Counted from the first letter of the stretch, positions 25,810-36,110 are shown. The stretch is 55,234 nt of DNA from Nitrospirota bacterium (GCA_040754455.1 JBFMCP010000021.1:1-55234), one strand, 5' to 3'. Numbers and translations are program-made. Notes: generated from the letters alone by a model not told the origin.

Positions 25810-26709
25810 ATGCTGCTCCAGCAACTGATCAACGGACTTACCCTCGGTGGTGTGTACGCCATCATCGCCCTCGGCTATACGATGGTGTACGGTATCCTTG
25901 AGCTGATCAACTTCGCTCACGGCGAAATTTACATGTTGGGCGCCTATTTCGGCATTATCTTTCTCGGTATGTTCACCGTTCTGGGGGTGACCGCTACGAG
26001 CCTTCCCCTTGCTCTTCTTCTTACCATCGTGCTTGCCGCGCTGTTCTGCGGCGCCTACGGTTTTACTATGGAGAAAGTCGCCTATAAACCGCTGAGGAAT
26101 GCGCCCAGGCTCAGCCCGCTCATCAGCGCTATCGGTGTCTCCATCTTCCTCCAGAACTACGTCATGATCACGCAGGGTGCAACGGATAAAGTGTTCCCCG
26201 TACGCTTCGGCGATGAGCGTCTGCAGCTGCCGAACGCTGAGGCGACCTATCTGCAGGCGATCATCATCGTTGTCTCGGCGTTGACCATGCTCTCGCTCCA
26301 CTTCTTCCAGAAGACGCGTATGGGAAAGGCTATGAGGGCGACGGCGCAGGATAAGACCATGGCTGCGCTGGTGGGCATCAATGTCGATCGGGTTATTTCC
26401 ATGACCTTTGTGATTGGTGCGGCACTTGCGGCGGTCGCAGGGGTGATGGTGGCGTCGTATTATGGGTTGGTCAATCATTTCATCGGCTATATCGCCGGGA
26501 TAAAGGCCTTCACTGCCGCGGTGTTGGGAGGCATCGGAAGTATCCCCGGTGCCATGCTGGGAGGAATTCTTCTCGGGCTCATCGAGAGTATGGGGGCAGC
26601 GTATCTCTCGAGCGAGTACAAGGATGCCTATGCATTTGTCATTCTTCTTGTGATTCTCCTCATCAAGCCCTCGGGTATCCTGGGCAGGCACACGGAGGAA
26701 AAGGTGTGA
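25810..26709 (+). CDS. livH: Branched-chain amino acid ABC transporter permease
   Basis: QQLINGL..G.VYAIIALGYTMVYGIL.LINFAHGE; KAFTAAVLGGIG. Confidence 0.92.
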   Translation: MLLQQLINGLTLGGVYAIIALGYTMVYGILELINFAHGEIYMLGAYFGIIFLGMFTVLGVTATSLPLALLLTIVLAALFCGAYGFTMEKVAYKPLRNAPRLSPLISAIGVSIFLQNYVMITQGATDKVFPVRFGDERLQLPNAEATYLQAIIIVVSALTMLSLHFFQKTRMGKAMRATAQDKTMAALVGINVDRVISMTFVIGAALAAVAGVMVASYYGLVNHFIGYIAGIKAFTAAVLGGIGSIPGAMLGGILLGLIESMGAAYLSSEYKDAYAFVILLVILLIKPSGILGRHTEEKV

Positions 26710-27842
26710 GCCGTTCTCCTTTCCTCAAGCCCCTTCTCATTGCAGCATGGGCAGCTCTTCTCTTTCTTCCCCTTAAAAATATACCGTCGGCAGCCGTCGT
26801 CTTTGCAAGTATTCTGAGCGGACTGCTACTCGTTGTCGTCGTCCGGAAAACGTTGCATCCGGAAGCCCGGAAAATCGGAAGGGCGGCAGCCGGATTAGGG
26901 GAAAAGTTCGATCCGCTGCTCAGGCGGTTTCGCTTCCTTCTGCTTCCACTCTCACTAGTGTTATTCCTTGTCCTCCCGGCAATAGTAAAGGATTATTATC
27001 TTGACGTACTCGTCATGTCCGGCATTTATATTCTCCTTGCGCTCGGGCTTAATGTCATTGTCGGTTTCACCGGACTGCTCAACCTCGGCTTTGCCGCTTT
27101 TTATGCAATCGGTGCGTACACCTATGCACTCCTCAACACAAAGGCCGGTCTGGGGTTCTGGCCGTCGTTGCCGCTGTCGGCAATCGCTGCCGCCTTCGCA
27201 GGATTGCTGCTGGCCATTCCCGCACTCCGCTTGAGGGGTGATTATCTGGCGATTGTGACGCTCGGGTTCGGCGAGATCCTCCGCCTTATCCTCAATAATT
27301 GGGACAGCTTTACGAATGGGCCGAACGGCATCTCGGGCATTGATCCTCCGATAGTCGGAGGGTTCTCCTTGGGTACATTGACGCCTTACTACTATCTTGT
27401 GCTGGTAATTGTCATCCTGAGCATCATTATTATCCGCCGTGTGGAGCATTCCCGGATCGGCAGGGCCTGGATTGCCATACGGGAAAATGAAATAGCTGCA
27501 TCCTCAATGGGGATAAATGCAACAGCTTATAAGCTCTATGCCTTCACCTTCGGAACCTTCTGGGCCGGCATTGCGGGGACGCTCTTCGCTGCAAAAATGC
27601 GTTTCATCTCTCCTGAGAGCTTTACGTTTATGGAATCGGTTATGGTGCTCAGCATGGTGATTCTGGGTGGCCTCGGCAACCTTTATGGAGCGGTGCTCGG
27701 TGCCTTTCTGCTGGTCGTGCTGCCCGAAGTATTGCGTGAGGTGCAGCTCTACCGGATGCTGATACTCGGCCTCGGCCTTGTCCTCCTCATGATCTTCAGG
27801 CCGCAGGGGCTGATAGGGAAAACAGGGGTGATAAATAGATAG
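26706..27842 (+). CDS. livM: Branched-chain amino acid ABC transporter permease
   Basis: LGLN..VG.TGLLNLG.AAF.AIGAY; LRGDYLAIVTLGFGEI. Confidence 0.92.
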   Translation: MSRSPFLKPLLIAAWAALLFLPLKNIPSAAVVFASILSGLLLVVVVRKTLHPEARKIGRAAAGLGEKFDPLLRRFRFLLLPLSLVLFLVLPAIVKDYYLDVLVMSGIYILLALGLNVIVGFTGLLNLGFAAFYAIGAYTYALLNTKAGLGFWPSLPLSAIAAAFAGLLLAIPALRLRGDYLAIVTLGFGEILRLILNNWDSFTNGPNGISGIDPPIVGGFSLGTLTPYYYLVLVIVILSIIIIRRVEHSRIGRAWIAIRENEIAASSMGINATAYKLYAFTFGTFWAGIAGTLFAAKMRFISPESFTFMESVMVLSMVILGGLGNLYGAVLGAFLLVVLPEVLREVQLYRMLILGLGLVLLMIFRPQGLIGKTGVINR

Positions 27843-27873
27843 CTCTATCGGTTCAACTGATCAGCTTTTAGCT

Positions 27874-28641
27874 ATGTTCATACTTGAGACACGGGATATA
27901 ACAAAGAATTTCGGCGGCATTCGTGCAGTTGAGGAAGTGAGCTTCAAGGTCGATGATGGCGCCATCGTCAGCATTATCGGTCCCAACGGTGCGGGAAAGA
28001 CAACGCTCTTCAACTGTCTTACCGGGATCACCAGGCCGACCAAGGGTACGATCCATTTCATGGATAAGGAGATTTCAAAGCTTCCGCCGCATTCCGTTGC
28101 GGAACTCGGCATTGCGCGCACCTTCCAGAACATCAGACTCTTCACGGACATGACCGTGATGGAAAATGCGATGGTTGCCCAGCATACGCGTACGAGATAT
28201 GGATTGATGAGCGCTGTCATCCGCAGCAGGCCGTTTAAGCAGAAAGAGAAAGTGATCAGGGAAAAGGTCTTTGAATACCTCGAGCTCGTCGGCCTTGAGG
28301 AATTTACCGACACCGTTGCCGGCAATCTCCCCTATGGGAGCCAGAGGAGATTGGAGATTGCCCGGGCGCTTGCGACGGAACCGAAGGTCGTACTGCTCGA
28401 TGAGCCTACGGCAGGAATGAATCCTTTTGAGACAATGGAGATCATGGAGCTGATCAGAAAGATCAAGGAGCTGGGGAAGACCGTTCTGCTGATAGAGCAC
28501 GACATGCGTCTTGTCATGGGGATTTCGGAGAGAATCATCGTGCTCGACCACGGTATAAAAATTGCTGAGGGGGCCCCTGAAGAGGTGAGGAACGACCCTC
28601 TCGTCATCGAGGCGTATCTGGGGAGAGAGACCCCACATTAA
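27874..28641 (+). CDS. livG: Branched-chain amino acid ABC transporter ATPase
   Basis: GPNGAGKTT, ARTFQNIRLF, LPYG.QRRLEIARAL, VIEAYLG. Confidence 0.92.
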   Translation: MFILETRDITKNFGGIRAVEEVSFKVDDGAIVSIIGPNGAGKTTLFNCLTGITRPTKGTIHFMDKEISKLPPHSVAELGIARTFQNIRLFTDMTVMENAMVAQHTRTRYGLMSAVIRSRPFKQKEKVIREKVFEYLELVGLEEFTDTVAGNLPYGSQRRLEIARALATEPKVVLLDEPTAGMNPFETMEIMELIRKIKELGKTVLLIEHDMRLVMGISERIIVLDHGIKIAEGAPEEVRNDPLVIEAYLGRETPH

Positions 28642-28646
28642 ACGGT

Positions 28647-28710
28647 AAACTCTACATCCTGATATCGAGACTCTAAATGTGTTTAGGATTTCGAATTTCG
28701 GATTTGTGAT
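28647..28710. repeat. Inverted heptamer-repeat element between livG and livF
   Basis: ggatttc-gaatttc-ggatttg units facing a degenerate complementary arm (acatcctgatatcgagactctaaa). Confidence 0.5.
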
Positions 28711-28722
28711 GTGAGAGAGGAT

Positions 28723-29421
28723 ATGTTAAAGCTCGATTCAATACATGCCTCCTACGGACCTATAAAGGCTATCGAGGGCATTACGCTCGAGGTGCGGAAG
28801 GGCGAGATTGTCTGTCTTATCGGCAGTAATGGTGCCGGGAAGACCACAACGCTCATGACGATCTCGGGAATCGTCAAACCCGATGAAGGAGCTGTCCTGC
28901 TTGAAGGTGAGGACATTGTGCATCTGTCGCCCCATGAGATTGTCGAAAGGGGCATCTGCCAGGTGCCGGAAGGCAGGAGAATATTCCCCCGGCTTACCGT
29001 CCGTGAAAATCTCGAGATGGGCGCTTTTCTCAGGACCCCTGAGCTCGACAGGAATCTCGAACGGGTATTCACCTTGTTCCCCATCCTCAAAGACCGTCAG
29101 GCCCAGCTGGGAGGTACCCTGAGCGGCGGAGAGCAGCAGATGCTTGCCGTCGGAAGGGCGCTGATGGCGGATCCCAAGCTGCTCCTGCTCGATGAGCCGT
29201 CCCTTGGTCTTGCGCCTATTATGGTGAGCAAGATATTCAAAACGATCAGAGAGATCAATGATGAAGGCGTCACCGTTCTCCTTGTTGAACAGAACGCAAA
29301 GGCGGCGTTGACCCTCTCCCATCGCGGCTATGTGCTCGAAAGCGGGGTCATCAAGCTGCAGGGAAGAGGAGAAGACCTCCTGCACAACGAGGAAGTGAAA
29401 AAAGCGTATCTGGGAGAATGA
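28723..29421 (+). CDS. livF: Branched-chain amino acid ABC transporter ATPase
   Basis: GSNGAGKTT, VPEGRRIF, LSGGEQQMLA, DEPSLGLAP. Confidence 0.92.
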   Translation: MLKLDSIHASYGPIKAIEGITLEVRKGEIVCLIGSNGAGKTTTLMTISGIVKPDEGAVLLEGEDIVHLSPHEIVERGICQVPEGRRIFPRLTVRENLEMGAFLRTPELDRNLERVFTLFPILKDRQAQLGGTLSGGEQQMLAVGRALMADPKLLLLDEPSLGLAPIMVSKIFKTIREINDEGVTVLLVEQNAKAALTLSHRGYVLESGVIKLQGRGEDLLHNEEVKKAYLGE

Positions 29422-29423
29422 AA

Positions 29424-29510
29424 CAGCTGCCGGCTATCAGACTCAGCTGTCAGCAAAAACAGAATATAATTAACTAAAGACGTTTTTATTGCTGATTGCT
29501 GATTGCGGAG
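29424..29510. repeat. Inverted heptamer-repeat element
   Basis: cagctgc/cggctat/cagact/cagctgt/cagc units mirrored by tgctgat-tgctgat-tgcggag; same type as 2136-2214. Confidence 0.55.
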
Positions 29511-29519
29511 GTGTTATTT

Positions 29520-29795
29520 ATGAAAGCGAGGGCGCATCTCTTTATTTCCGGAAGGGTGCAGGGCGTGAATTATCGCTGGTTTACGCAGGGTGTCGCGCAG
29601 TCGCTCAGTCTTTCGGGCTGGGTGCGGAATCTTCCCGATGACCGGGTCGAGGCAGTCTTCGAGGGCGAACGTGAGCAGATCGAAAGGGCGATCGTGCAGT
29701 GCAAGCAGGGACCTGCAGCGTCGCGGGTCGATGCCGTCGATGTGACCTGGGATGACCGGCTGGAGAATTTCAGCGATTTCAGGATCCGCTATTGA
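29520..29795 (+). CDS. Acylphosphatase
   Basis: ISGRVQGVNYR, GWVRNLPD.RVEAVFEG. Confidence 0.92.
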   Translation: MKARAHLFISGRVQGVNYRWFTQGVAQSLSLSGWVRNLPDDRVEAVFEGEREQIERAIVQCKQGPAASRVDAVDVTWDDRLENFSDFRIRY

Positions 29796-29799
29796 CGAT

Positions 29800-29900
29800 T
29801 AGAATCCAGGAGCCAGAAGTCAGAGTCCAGAATAAAAAATACTTATGCTGTTCCTGTACTCTGGCCTCTGTTCTTTATCTCCTGACTTACGGCTCCTGAT
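29800..29900. repeat. Inverted heptamer-repeat element
   Basis: agaatcc/aggagcc/agaagtc units mirrored by ctctggc/ctctgtt/ctcctga/cttacgg/ctcctga. Confidence 0.55.
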
Positions 29901-29944
29901 GTTCGATTGACTTTTCCTCTCCGTTCCTTTGAAAATAGTATGTT

Positions 29945-30907
29945 GTGATTACTGCTCTCAGAGACAAAGTTTTATCTCACGGCTCGATAACAATATCCGA
30001 AGCGCACTCCTTGGTGGAATGCAAAGGATCAGACCTGTTCGATCTCTTTGCCGCTGCTGCGAAGCTCAGAGAGACCTTCCTCGGGACATCGGTCGATTTG
30101 TGTGCGATTGTGAATGCCAAGTCGGGGGCATGCCCCGAAGATTGCTCCTACTGTGCACAGTCCTCAAAGAGCAGGGCCGATGTCGCGATCTATCCGCTCA
30201 TCAAAAAAGAGGCGGTTATCGAAAAGGCGCAGGAGGCAAAAGATGCCGGCGTGCGGCGATTCTGTGTCGTTACCAGCGGACGGAAGATCGGCACGAGGGA
30301 GCTCAAGGAGATAGCTGCTATGATTGGCGCAATGAGGAACATCGGCCTCCTTCCCTGTGCAACATTGGGTCTTTTGGATAAGGATGAGCTTCAATTCCTC
30401 AAGGATGCGGGACTTGAGCGCTACCATCACAATCTCGAAACATCCGAGCGGTTTTTCCCCGAAATATGCAGGACCCATTCCTACTACGATAAGCTGAAAA
30501 CCATTGAGGCGGCAAAGGCCGTTTCATTATCGGTCTGCTCCGGCGGTATTTTCGGCCTCGGAGAGACATGGGAAGATCGGATCGATATGGCCTTTGCGCT
30601 TACCTCGCTCGGCATCGATTCGGTGCCGATCAATTTTCTGATACCGGTGAAAGGGACCTCTCTCGGAGCGCGAGAATTCCTCCATCCCCTGGAAGCACTG
30701 AAAATCATCAGTCTCTACCGTTTCATATTGCCTCAAAAACAGATCCGCATCTGCGGCGGCAGGATCCAGGTGCTCGGCGAGCTCAACGCGATGGTCTTTC
30801 CGGCAGGCGCTGACTCTCTTCTTACCGGCAATTATCTCACCACAACAGGCAGAACATACAAAGACGACCTGAAGCTCATTAGCGATTGCGGGCTGCATAC
30901 CGCGTGA
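29945..30907 (+). CDS. bioB: Biotin synthase
   Basis: Radical SAM CPEDCSYCAQS, YHHNLETS, CSGGIFGLGE, SVPINFL, GNYLTT. Confidence 0.95.
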   Translation: MITALRDKVLSHGSITISEAHSLVECKGSDLFDLFAAAAKLRETFLGTSVDLCAIVNAKSGACPEDCSYCAQSSKSRADVAIYPLIKKEAVIEKAQEAKDAGVRRFCVVTSGRKIGTRELKEIAAMIGAMRNIGLLPCATLGLLDKDELQFLKDAGLERYHHNLETSERFFPEICRTHSYYDKLKTIEAAKAVSLSVCSGGIFGLGETWEDRIDMAFALTSLGIDSVPINFLIPVKGTSLGAREFLHPLEALKIISLYRFILPQKQIRICGGRIQVLGELNAMVFPAGADSLLTGNYLTTTGRTYKDDLKLISDCGLHTA

Positions 30908-30971
30908 TCTTTCCTCAAACAGACCTTCTCTGAGCGCTTCTCGACGTGTCCTCTTCGAAGTCATTTGTTTA

Positions 30972-31000
30972 TTGACGCGTTGAAGATTATGTTCTATTCT
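30972..31000 (+). promoter_or_regulatory. Putative sigma70 promoter for ppdK
   Basis: TTGACG-N17-TATTCT, about 190 nt upstream of the start codon. Confidence 0.5.
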
Positions 31001-31187
31001 TTAATAAATTGAGAAATTTTATCCTGTGACCGGGCACGAACGCACCGAGCAGAGCAAAGGGCGTTGCTATTTTATGATATTGTTTTCTTGAATTTTTTTG
31101 TCTAAGATTGTTATAGTTACTTTCTCTGTCGTATCGCGTCTCATCGCCTTTAACTGAATCATTAACATATAACTCTGGAGGGTGTTC

Positions 31188-34007
31188 ATGGCAAAGGTAG
31201 CGACAAAGGCAAAGAAGGCTGCTAAACCGGTACGGTTTGGCGGGGACGGTGCAAAGGCGCCGAGGGCGGTAAAGGGCGCGAAGGCTGCAAAAGCCGGGAA
31301 GGCACACAAATACGTCTACTTCTTCGGCGGCGGGAAGGCCGACGGTAGGGCGGACATGAAGAATCTTCTGGGAGGCAAGGGGGCGAACCTCGCAGAGATG
31401 GTCAATCTCGGTATACCCGTCCCTCCGGGCTTCACGATAACGACAGAAGTCTGCACACTCTACTACAAAAACAACAGAAAGTATCCCGCTGAACTGAAGC
31501 CGCAGGTCGAGACTGCGCTGGCCAAAGTCGAAAAGATCATGGGAAAGAAATTTGGCGATCCCGAAAACCCGCTCCTCGTTTCGGTCCGCTCCGGTGCGCG
31601 CAGTTCGATGCCCGGCATGATGGAGACGGTCCTCAATATCGGACTTACGACAAAGACCATCCCCGGACTCATCAAAAAGACGAACAACGAACGCTTTGTC
31701 TATGATGCGTACCGCCGCCTGCTGATGATGTATTCCGATGTAGTTATGGAAAAGGCTGCGGGGGTCGAACCTGCCGAAGGTCAGGCGATCCGCCAGAAGC
31801 TCGAACACAGAATGGATGCATTGAAAAAGCAGAAGGGCTATGCGAGCGATACCGACCTTACCGTAGACGATCTGAGAGAGCTCTGCAGCGATTTCAAGAT
31901 GATCATAAAGGATACGCTCGGCAAGGAGTTCCCGGATGACCCCATGGATCAGCTTTGGGGCGGCATCGGCGCTGTCTTTCAGTCATGGATGGGAAAGCGT
32001 GCGGTATCCTATCGCCGGATAGAAAAGATTCCCGAAGAATGGGGCACTGCGGTGAATGTCCAGGCGATGGTTTTCGGCAATACCGGTGAAAACTCCGCTA
32101 CCGGGGTTGCCTTCACCCGTAACCCTGCCACCGGCGAGAACATGTTCTTCGGCGAATGGCTGCCGAACGCGCAAGGCGAAGACGTTGTTGCCGGGATCAG
32201 GACCCCCAATCCGGTGAACAGGGCTGGTAAAACAGAAGATACCAAACACCTTCCGTCGCTCGAAGAGAAGATGCCGAAGCTCTATAAAGAACTGTTCACC
32301 ATTCAGAAGAAACTCGAACGACACTACAAGGACATGCAGGACATCGAGTTCACCATCGAGGATGGCCGCCTCTGGATGCTCCAGACAAGGGTCGGTAAAC
32401 GTAACGGCCAGGCTGCCATTCGTATGGCGGTTGAAATGGCGAAGGAAAGGCTGATCGATAAGCAGACGGCGATTCTCCGTGTGAAACCCGACCAGCTCGA
32501 TGAACTTCTGCATCCAAGCGTCGATCCTGCTGCTGAAAAGAAAGCGACAGAGGTCGCCAAAGGGCTTCCTGCAGGGCCCGGCGGCGCGGTCGGCAAGATC
32601 ACCTTTACCGCCGATGATGCGGAGGCATGGGCGAAGAGAGGCGAAAAGGTGATCCTAGTGAGAAATGAGACCTCTCCTGAAGATGTCCACGGCATGCACG
32701 CTGCTCAGGCTATTCTGACGGCAAAGGGCGGCATGACGAGCCATGCGGCGCTTGTCGCCCGGGGCTGGGGCAAATGCTGCATTGTCGGCGCCTCCGCGCT
32801 CAACATCGATATCCATAAAAAAGAGATCCATGTGAACGGCAAGGTTCTGAGGGAGGGTGACTGGATCACCCTGAACGGGACCAAAGGCCGTGTATATGAG
32901 GGCAAGCTCCCGCTGCTCCCTGCCGACCCCGAGCACAACCCTTGGTACAAGGAATTGATGAAGTGGGCCGACCAGTTCAGGACCCTGAAGGTCAGGACCA
33001 ATGCCGATGCGCCGAACGACGCAACAGTGGCGCGGAATTTCGGTGCTGAGGGGATCGGCCTCTGCAGAACCGAGCACATGTTCTTCGGCCCTGACAGAAT
33101 AAAGGCGGTCCGTGAAATGATCCTCTCCGACACCCTGGAGGGCAGGAAGAGAGCTCTGGCGAAACTGCTTCCTTTCCAGAAAGGCGATTTTGTCGGTATC
33201 TTCAAGGCCATGGCGGGATTCCCGGTCACCATCCGCCTCCTCGATCCGCCGCTCCACGAGTTCCTTCCCCACACTGAAAAGGAGTTGAGAGACCTGGCGC
33301 TGGAGATGGGGGTATCATTCGATCAGTTGAGCGCAAAGAACAGATCGCTCCACGAGTTCAACCCGATGCTCGGCCACCGCGGCTGCCGCCTTGGCATCAC
33401 CTATCCCGAGATCTATGAGATGCAAGTGCAGGCCATTATGGAGGCAGCCTGCGAGCTCGCCAAGCAGAAGGTAAAGGTCGTGCCTGAAATCATGATTCCC
33501 CTCGTCGGCCATGTCAACGAGCTCGAGCGTCTGCGCACCATGACCATTTCGGTCGCTGACAGGATACAGAAAGAATACGGCGTAAAGGTACCTTATACGG
33601 TAGGGACGATGATCGAGTTGCCGCGCGCCTGCGTTACCTCGGACGAAATCGCTGCCCAGGCAGATTTCTATTCCTTCGGAACCAACGACCTTACCCAGAC
33701 CGTCTACGGATTGTCGAGAGACGATGCCGGAAGGTTCCTTCCCTTCTACATTGAGAATGGTATCCTGAAAGACGACCCCTTCATCACCATTGACCAGAAC
33801 GGCGTCGGCGCCCTGGTGAAGATGGCGGTGGAGAAGGGCCGTAAGGTCAAGAAGGACATGAAGATGGGGATCTGCGGTGAGCACGGCGGCGAGCCCAAAT
33901 CGGTGGAGTTCTGCCATCGTATAGGGCTCAACTATGTGAGCTGCTCGCCGTTCAGAGTGCCGATCGCCCGCTTCGCTGCAGCACAGGCAGCATTAAGGAA
34001 AAAATAG
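31188..34007 (+). CDS. ppdK: Pyruvate, phosphate dikinase
   Basis: LLGGKGANLAEM, SVRSGA..SMPGMM, GGMTSHAA (phospho-His), GLCRTEHMF, GTNDLTQ, GICGEHGG. Confidence 0.97.
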   Translation: MAKVATKAKKAAKPVRFGGDGAKAPRAVKGAKAAKAGKAHKYVYFFGGGKADGRADMKNLLGGKGANLAEMVNLGIPVPPGFTITTEVCTLYYKNNRKYPAELKPQVETALAKVEKIMGKKFGDPENPLLVSVRSGARSSMPGMMETVLNIGLTTKTIPGLIKKTNNERFVYDAYRRLLMMYSDVVMEKAAGVEPAEGQAIRQKLEHRMDALKKQKGYASDTDLTVDDLRELCSDFKMIIKDTLGKEFPDDPMDQLWGGIGAVFQSWMGKRAVSYRRIEKIPEEWGTAVNVQAMVFGNTGENSATGVAFTRNPATGENMFFGEWLPNAQGEDVVAGIRTPNPVNRAGKTEDTKHLPSLEEKMPKLYKELFTIQKKLERHYKDMQDIEFTIEDGRLWMLQTRVGKRNGQAAIRMAVEMAKERLIDKQTAILRVKPDQLDELLHPSVDPAAEKKATEVAKGLPAGPGGAVGKITFTADDAEAWAKRGEKVILVRNETSPEDVHGMHAAQAILTAKGGMTSHAALVARGWGKCCIVGASALNIDIHKKEIHVNGKVLREGDWITLNGTKGRVYEGKLPLLPADPEHNPWYKELMKWADQFRTLKVRTNADAPNDATVARNFGAEGIGLCRTEHMFFGPDRIKAVREMILSDTLEGRKRALAKLLPFQKGDFVGIFKAMAGFPVTIRLLDPPLHEFLPHTEKELRDLALEMGVSFDQLSAKNRSLHEFNPMLGHRGCRLGITYPEIYEMQVQAIMEAACELAKQKVKVVPEIMIPLVGHVNELERLRTMTISVADRIQKEYGVKVPYTVGTMIELPRACVTSDEIAAQADFYSFGTNDLTQTVYGLSRDDAGRFLPFYIENGILKDDPFITIDQNGVGALVKMAVEKGRKVKKDMKMGICGEHGGEPKSVEFCHRIGLNYVSCSPFRVPIARFAAAQAALRKK

Positions 34008-34029
34008 GACTGATTAAGACCGATAGCAT

Positions 34030-34067
34030 GAGGGGCCGTGGTGTTTGTTACGGCCCCTCGTTTTATT
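34030..34067 (+). terminator. Rho-independent terminator after ppdK
   Basis: GAGGGGCCGT / ACGGCCCCTC stem followed by GTTTTATT. Confidence 0.8.
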
Positions 34068-34238
34068 GTTATTCCCTTCCTTGAGAATCAGTCTTCATCT
34101 TTCAGTGTGATAGAGATTTTAAAATTCATAGGGTTGTACAGAGTTTTTGTGCGCACGTTCAAAGGCAATTATAACGAATTTTAATAGATTTATTTAATTA
34201 ATTTAATGAATCTGTGCGGCCCGGAAGCCCTTTTGCGG

Positions 34239-34265
34239 TAAAATCCTGCGTGATTCCGCCGATAA
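34239..34265 (+). promoter_or_regulatory. Sigma28 (FliA) promoter
   Basis: Exact consensus TAAA-N15-GCCGATAA upstream of a chemoreceptor gene. Confidence 0.85.
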
Positions 34266-34310
34266 CATATCTGCAACTGCTTTGTACCAAACTTCACAGG
34301 GAGTGAAACG

Positions 34311-35906
34311 ATGAAATTGACCTTAGCGAGAAAGCTCTATGCCATAGTCGGAATCCTCATGGTAGTCATTATTATAGGGACTGCAAGCGCCTATTTCAGT
34401 CTCACCTATGCGGTAAACAACCTGAAGCGCCTTACCAATGACGTGAGGACGATCGAGGGGGCCAACAATGATATCGAGGTGAAGCTGGGGTTGGCTGTTG
34501 AGGTGTCGAGGAACTATCTTATCCGGACCGGCGATAAATACATAGATAAATTTCACGGCTTCGTGGCGGATATACGAAAACAGCTGGGGGTCTATGAACG
34601 GTTTGCCGAAAATGAGCAGGAAAAAAACGCTCTTTCGCGGAGCAAGGAACTACTCGTCTCTTTTGAGCAGTCAATCAATGAACTGGTCGAAGCGCGCCGG
34701 AAAAGCAACGATATCGCTGCTGTCGATGACGAAGTGACCATCAGCGCCAGTCCCCTCCGTGCTGCGATGAAGCAGCTCAACGAGATGCTGATGAAGAAGT
34801 TCGATGACCGGACAAAACGGCTCGAATCCGTTATTTCCAAACTCGAGATTGTCCTTGTTATAGCGGCGCTGCTTTCGTGCGTTTTTGCGATTGTCGTCAG
34901 CACCATGATGATCCGTAAGATTCTGGAATCCGTTCACGGCGTGGCAGCGGTGACGAAGCTCGCGGCTAATGGTGATCTGTCTCAAAGCGCTCCAGTGAAG
35001 AGCGACGACGAGATCGGCGAGATGGCGAAGGGCTTCAATACGATGATGGAGAATCTGCGGCGTATGATCGGCAACATCAATGATGTCACCAACACTGTGG
35101 CAAACAGTTCGTCGGAGCTCTCTACAACGGTGCACCATATTACGACCCGTGTCGATGAACAATCCGGCAAGACGACGCAGGTGGCGACATCGTCCGCCGA
35201 GATGTCCCAGACAGTTTTGGATATCGCCCGAAACGCTTCGAGCATCGCTTCATCCGCTACCGATACGTTGAGAGTGGCACGGGAAGGCGAAGAGGTGGTC
35301 AGCAAGACGGTGCAGGAAGTACAGGAAATAGCACGGACGGTGTCGGATTCGTCGGGGCTGATGTCATCCCTGGGAACCCGCTCCAAGCAGATCGGCGAGA
35401 TTGTGGGTGTCATCAAGGATATCGCCGACCAGACGAACCTGCTCGCCCTCAACGCCGCAATAGAGGCGGCCCGTGCCGGTGAGCAGGGAAGGGGCTTTGC
35501 CGTCGTCGCCGATGAGGTGCGGAAACTCGCTGAAAGAACGACGAAGGCGACTGCTGAGATCAGCGAGATGATTACGGCGATACAGGAAGAGACCGAGCGC
35601 GCCCTTGCAGGAATGGATGAGAGCCTCAAGAAAGTAGAGTCGGGTGCCGGCCTCTCCAGAGAGGCGGGAGAGGCATTGCATAAGATACTGAAGAGTGTGG
35701 ATGATCTCCAGTCCATGGTGCAGCAGATAGCCTCCGCGACAGAGGAGATGTCCGCGGTTTCGGAAGGAATCAATTCCGATATCGAGGCGATTGCCGCGCT
35801 TGCCCATGAAACGAGCACCGATGCAAACAAGATCGCCTCTGAATCAACCGACCTTTCGAAGCTTGCGGAAGAGCTGCGGTTGACGACCAATCAGTTCAGA
35901 TTGTAA
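34311..35906 (+). CDS. Methyl-accepting chemotaxis protein
   Basis: TM, helical periplasmic domain, TM, HAMP (DEIGEMA), [37 protein letters not shown]. Confidence 0.95.
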   Translation: MKLTLARKLYAIVGILMVVIIIGTASAYFSLTYAVNNLKRLTNDVRTIEGANNDIEVKLGLAVEVSRNYLIRTGDKYIDKFHGFVADIRKQLGVYERFAENEQEKNALSRSKELLVSFEQSINELVEARRKSNDIAAVDDEVTISASPLRAAMKQLNEMLMKKFDDRTKRLESVISKLEIVLVIAALLSCVFAIVVSTMMIRKILESVHGVAAVTKLAANGDLSQSAPVKSDDEIGEMAKGFNTMMENLRRMIGNINDVTNTVANSSSELSTTVHHITTRVDEQSGKTTQVATSSAEMSQTVLDIARNASSIASSATDTLRVAREGEEVVSKTVQEVQEIARTVSDSSGLMSSLGTRSKQIGEIVGVIKDIADQTNLLALNAAIEAARAGEQGRGFAVVADEVRKLAERTTKATAEISEMITAIQEETERALAGMDESLKKVESGAGLSREAGEALHKILKSVDDLQSMVQQIASATEEMSAVSEGINSDIEAIAALAHETSTDANKIASESTDLSKLAEELRLTTNQFRL

Positions 35907-35953
35907 TCGAACCTGTTTCGTTTTCTATCTGCAGTGAGAAGAGAGCGCTTGGA

Positions 35954-36110
35954 TTAGAATGCAATACGCCGCGTGGTATTCCCGCTCTCGACTACCAGCT
36001 CGTCAAAGCAGGTCACTGAATCTGATTTTGTCCAGAGTCCTATAAACCCGCTCAGCGGTTCACCGGCGGATTGATAAATGTATTGATCTGCTGATCCAGT
36101 CGAATGAGAA
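35954..36110 (-). pseudogene. Possible C-terminal gene fragment (DUF1080/ConA-like family tail)
   Basis: GFIGLWTKSDSVTCFDELVV resembles a conserved C-terminal G.VGLWTKADSVT.FD motif; no plausible N-terminus. Confidence 0.35.

Noticed and set aside
31001..31187. Riboswitch in the long ppdK leader
   Set aside because: I could not identify any conserved aptamer motif or convincing structure by eye; an Rfam scan would be needed.
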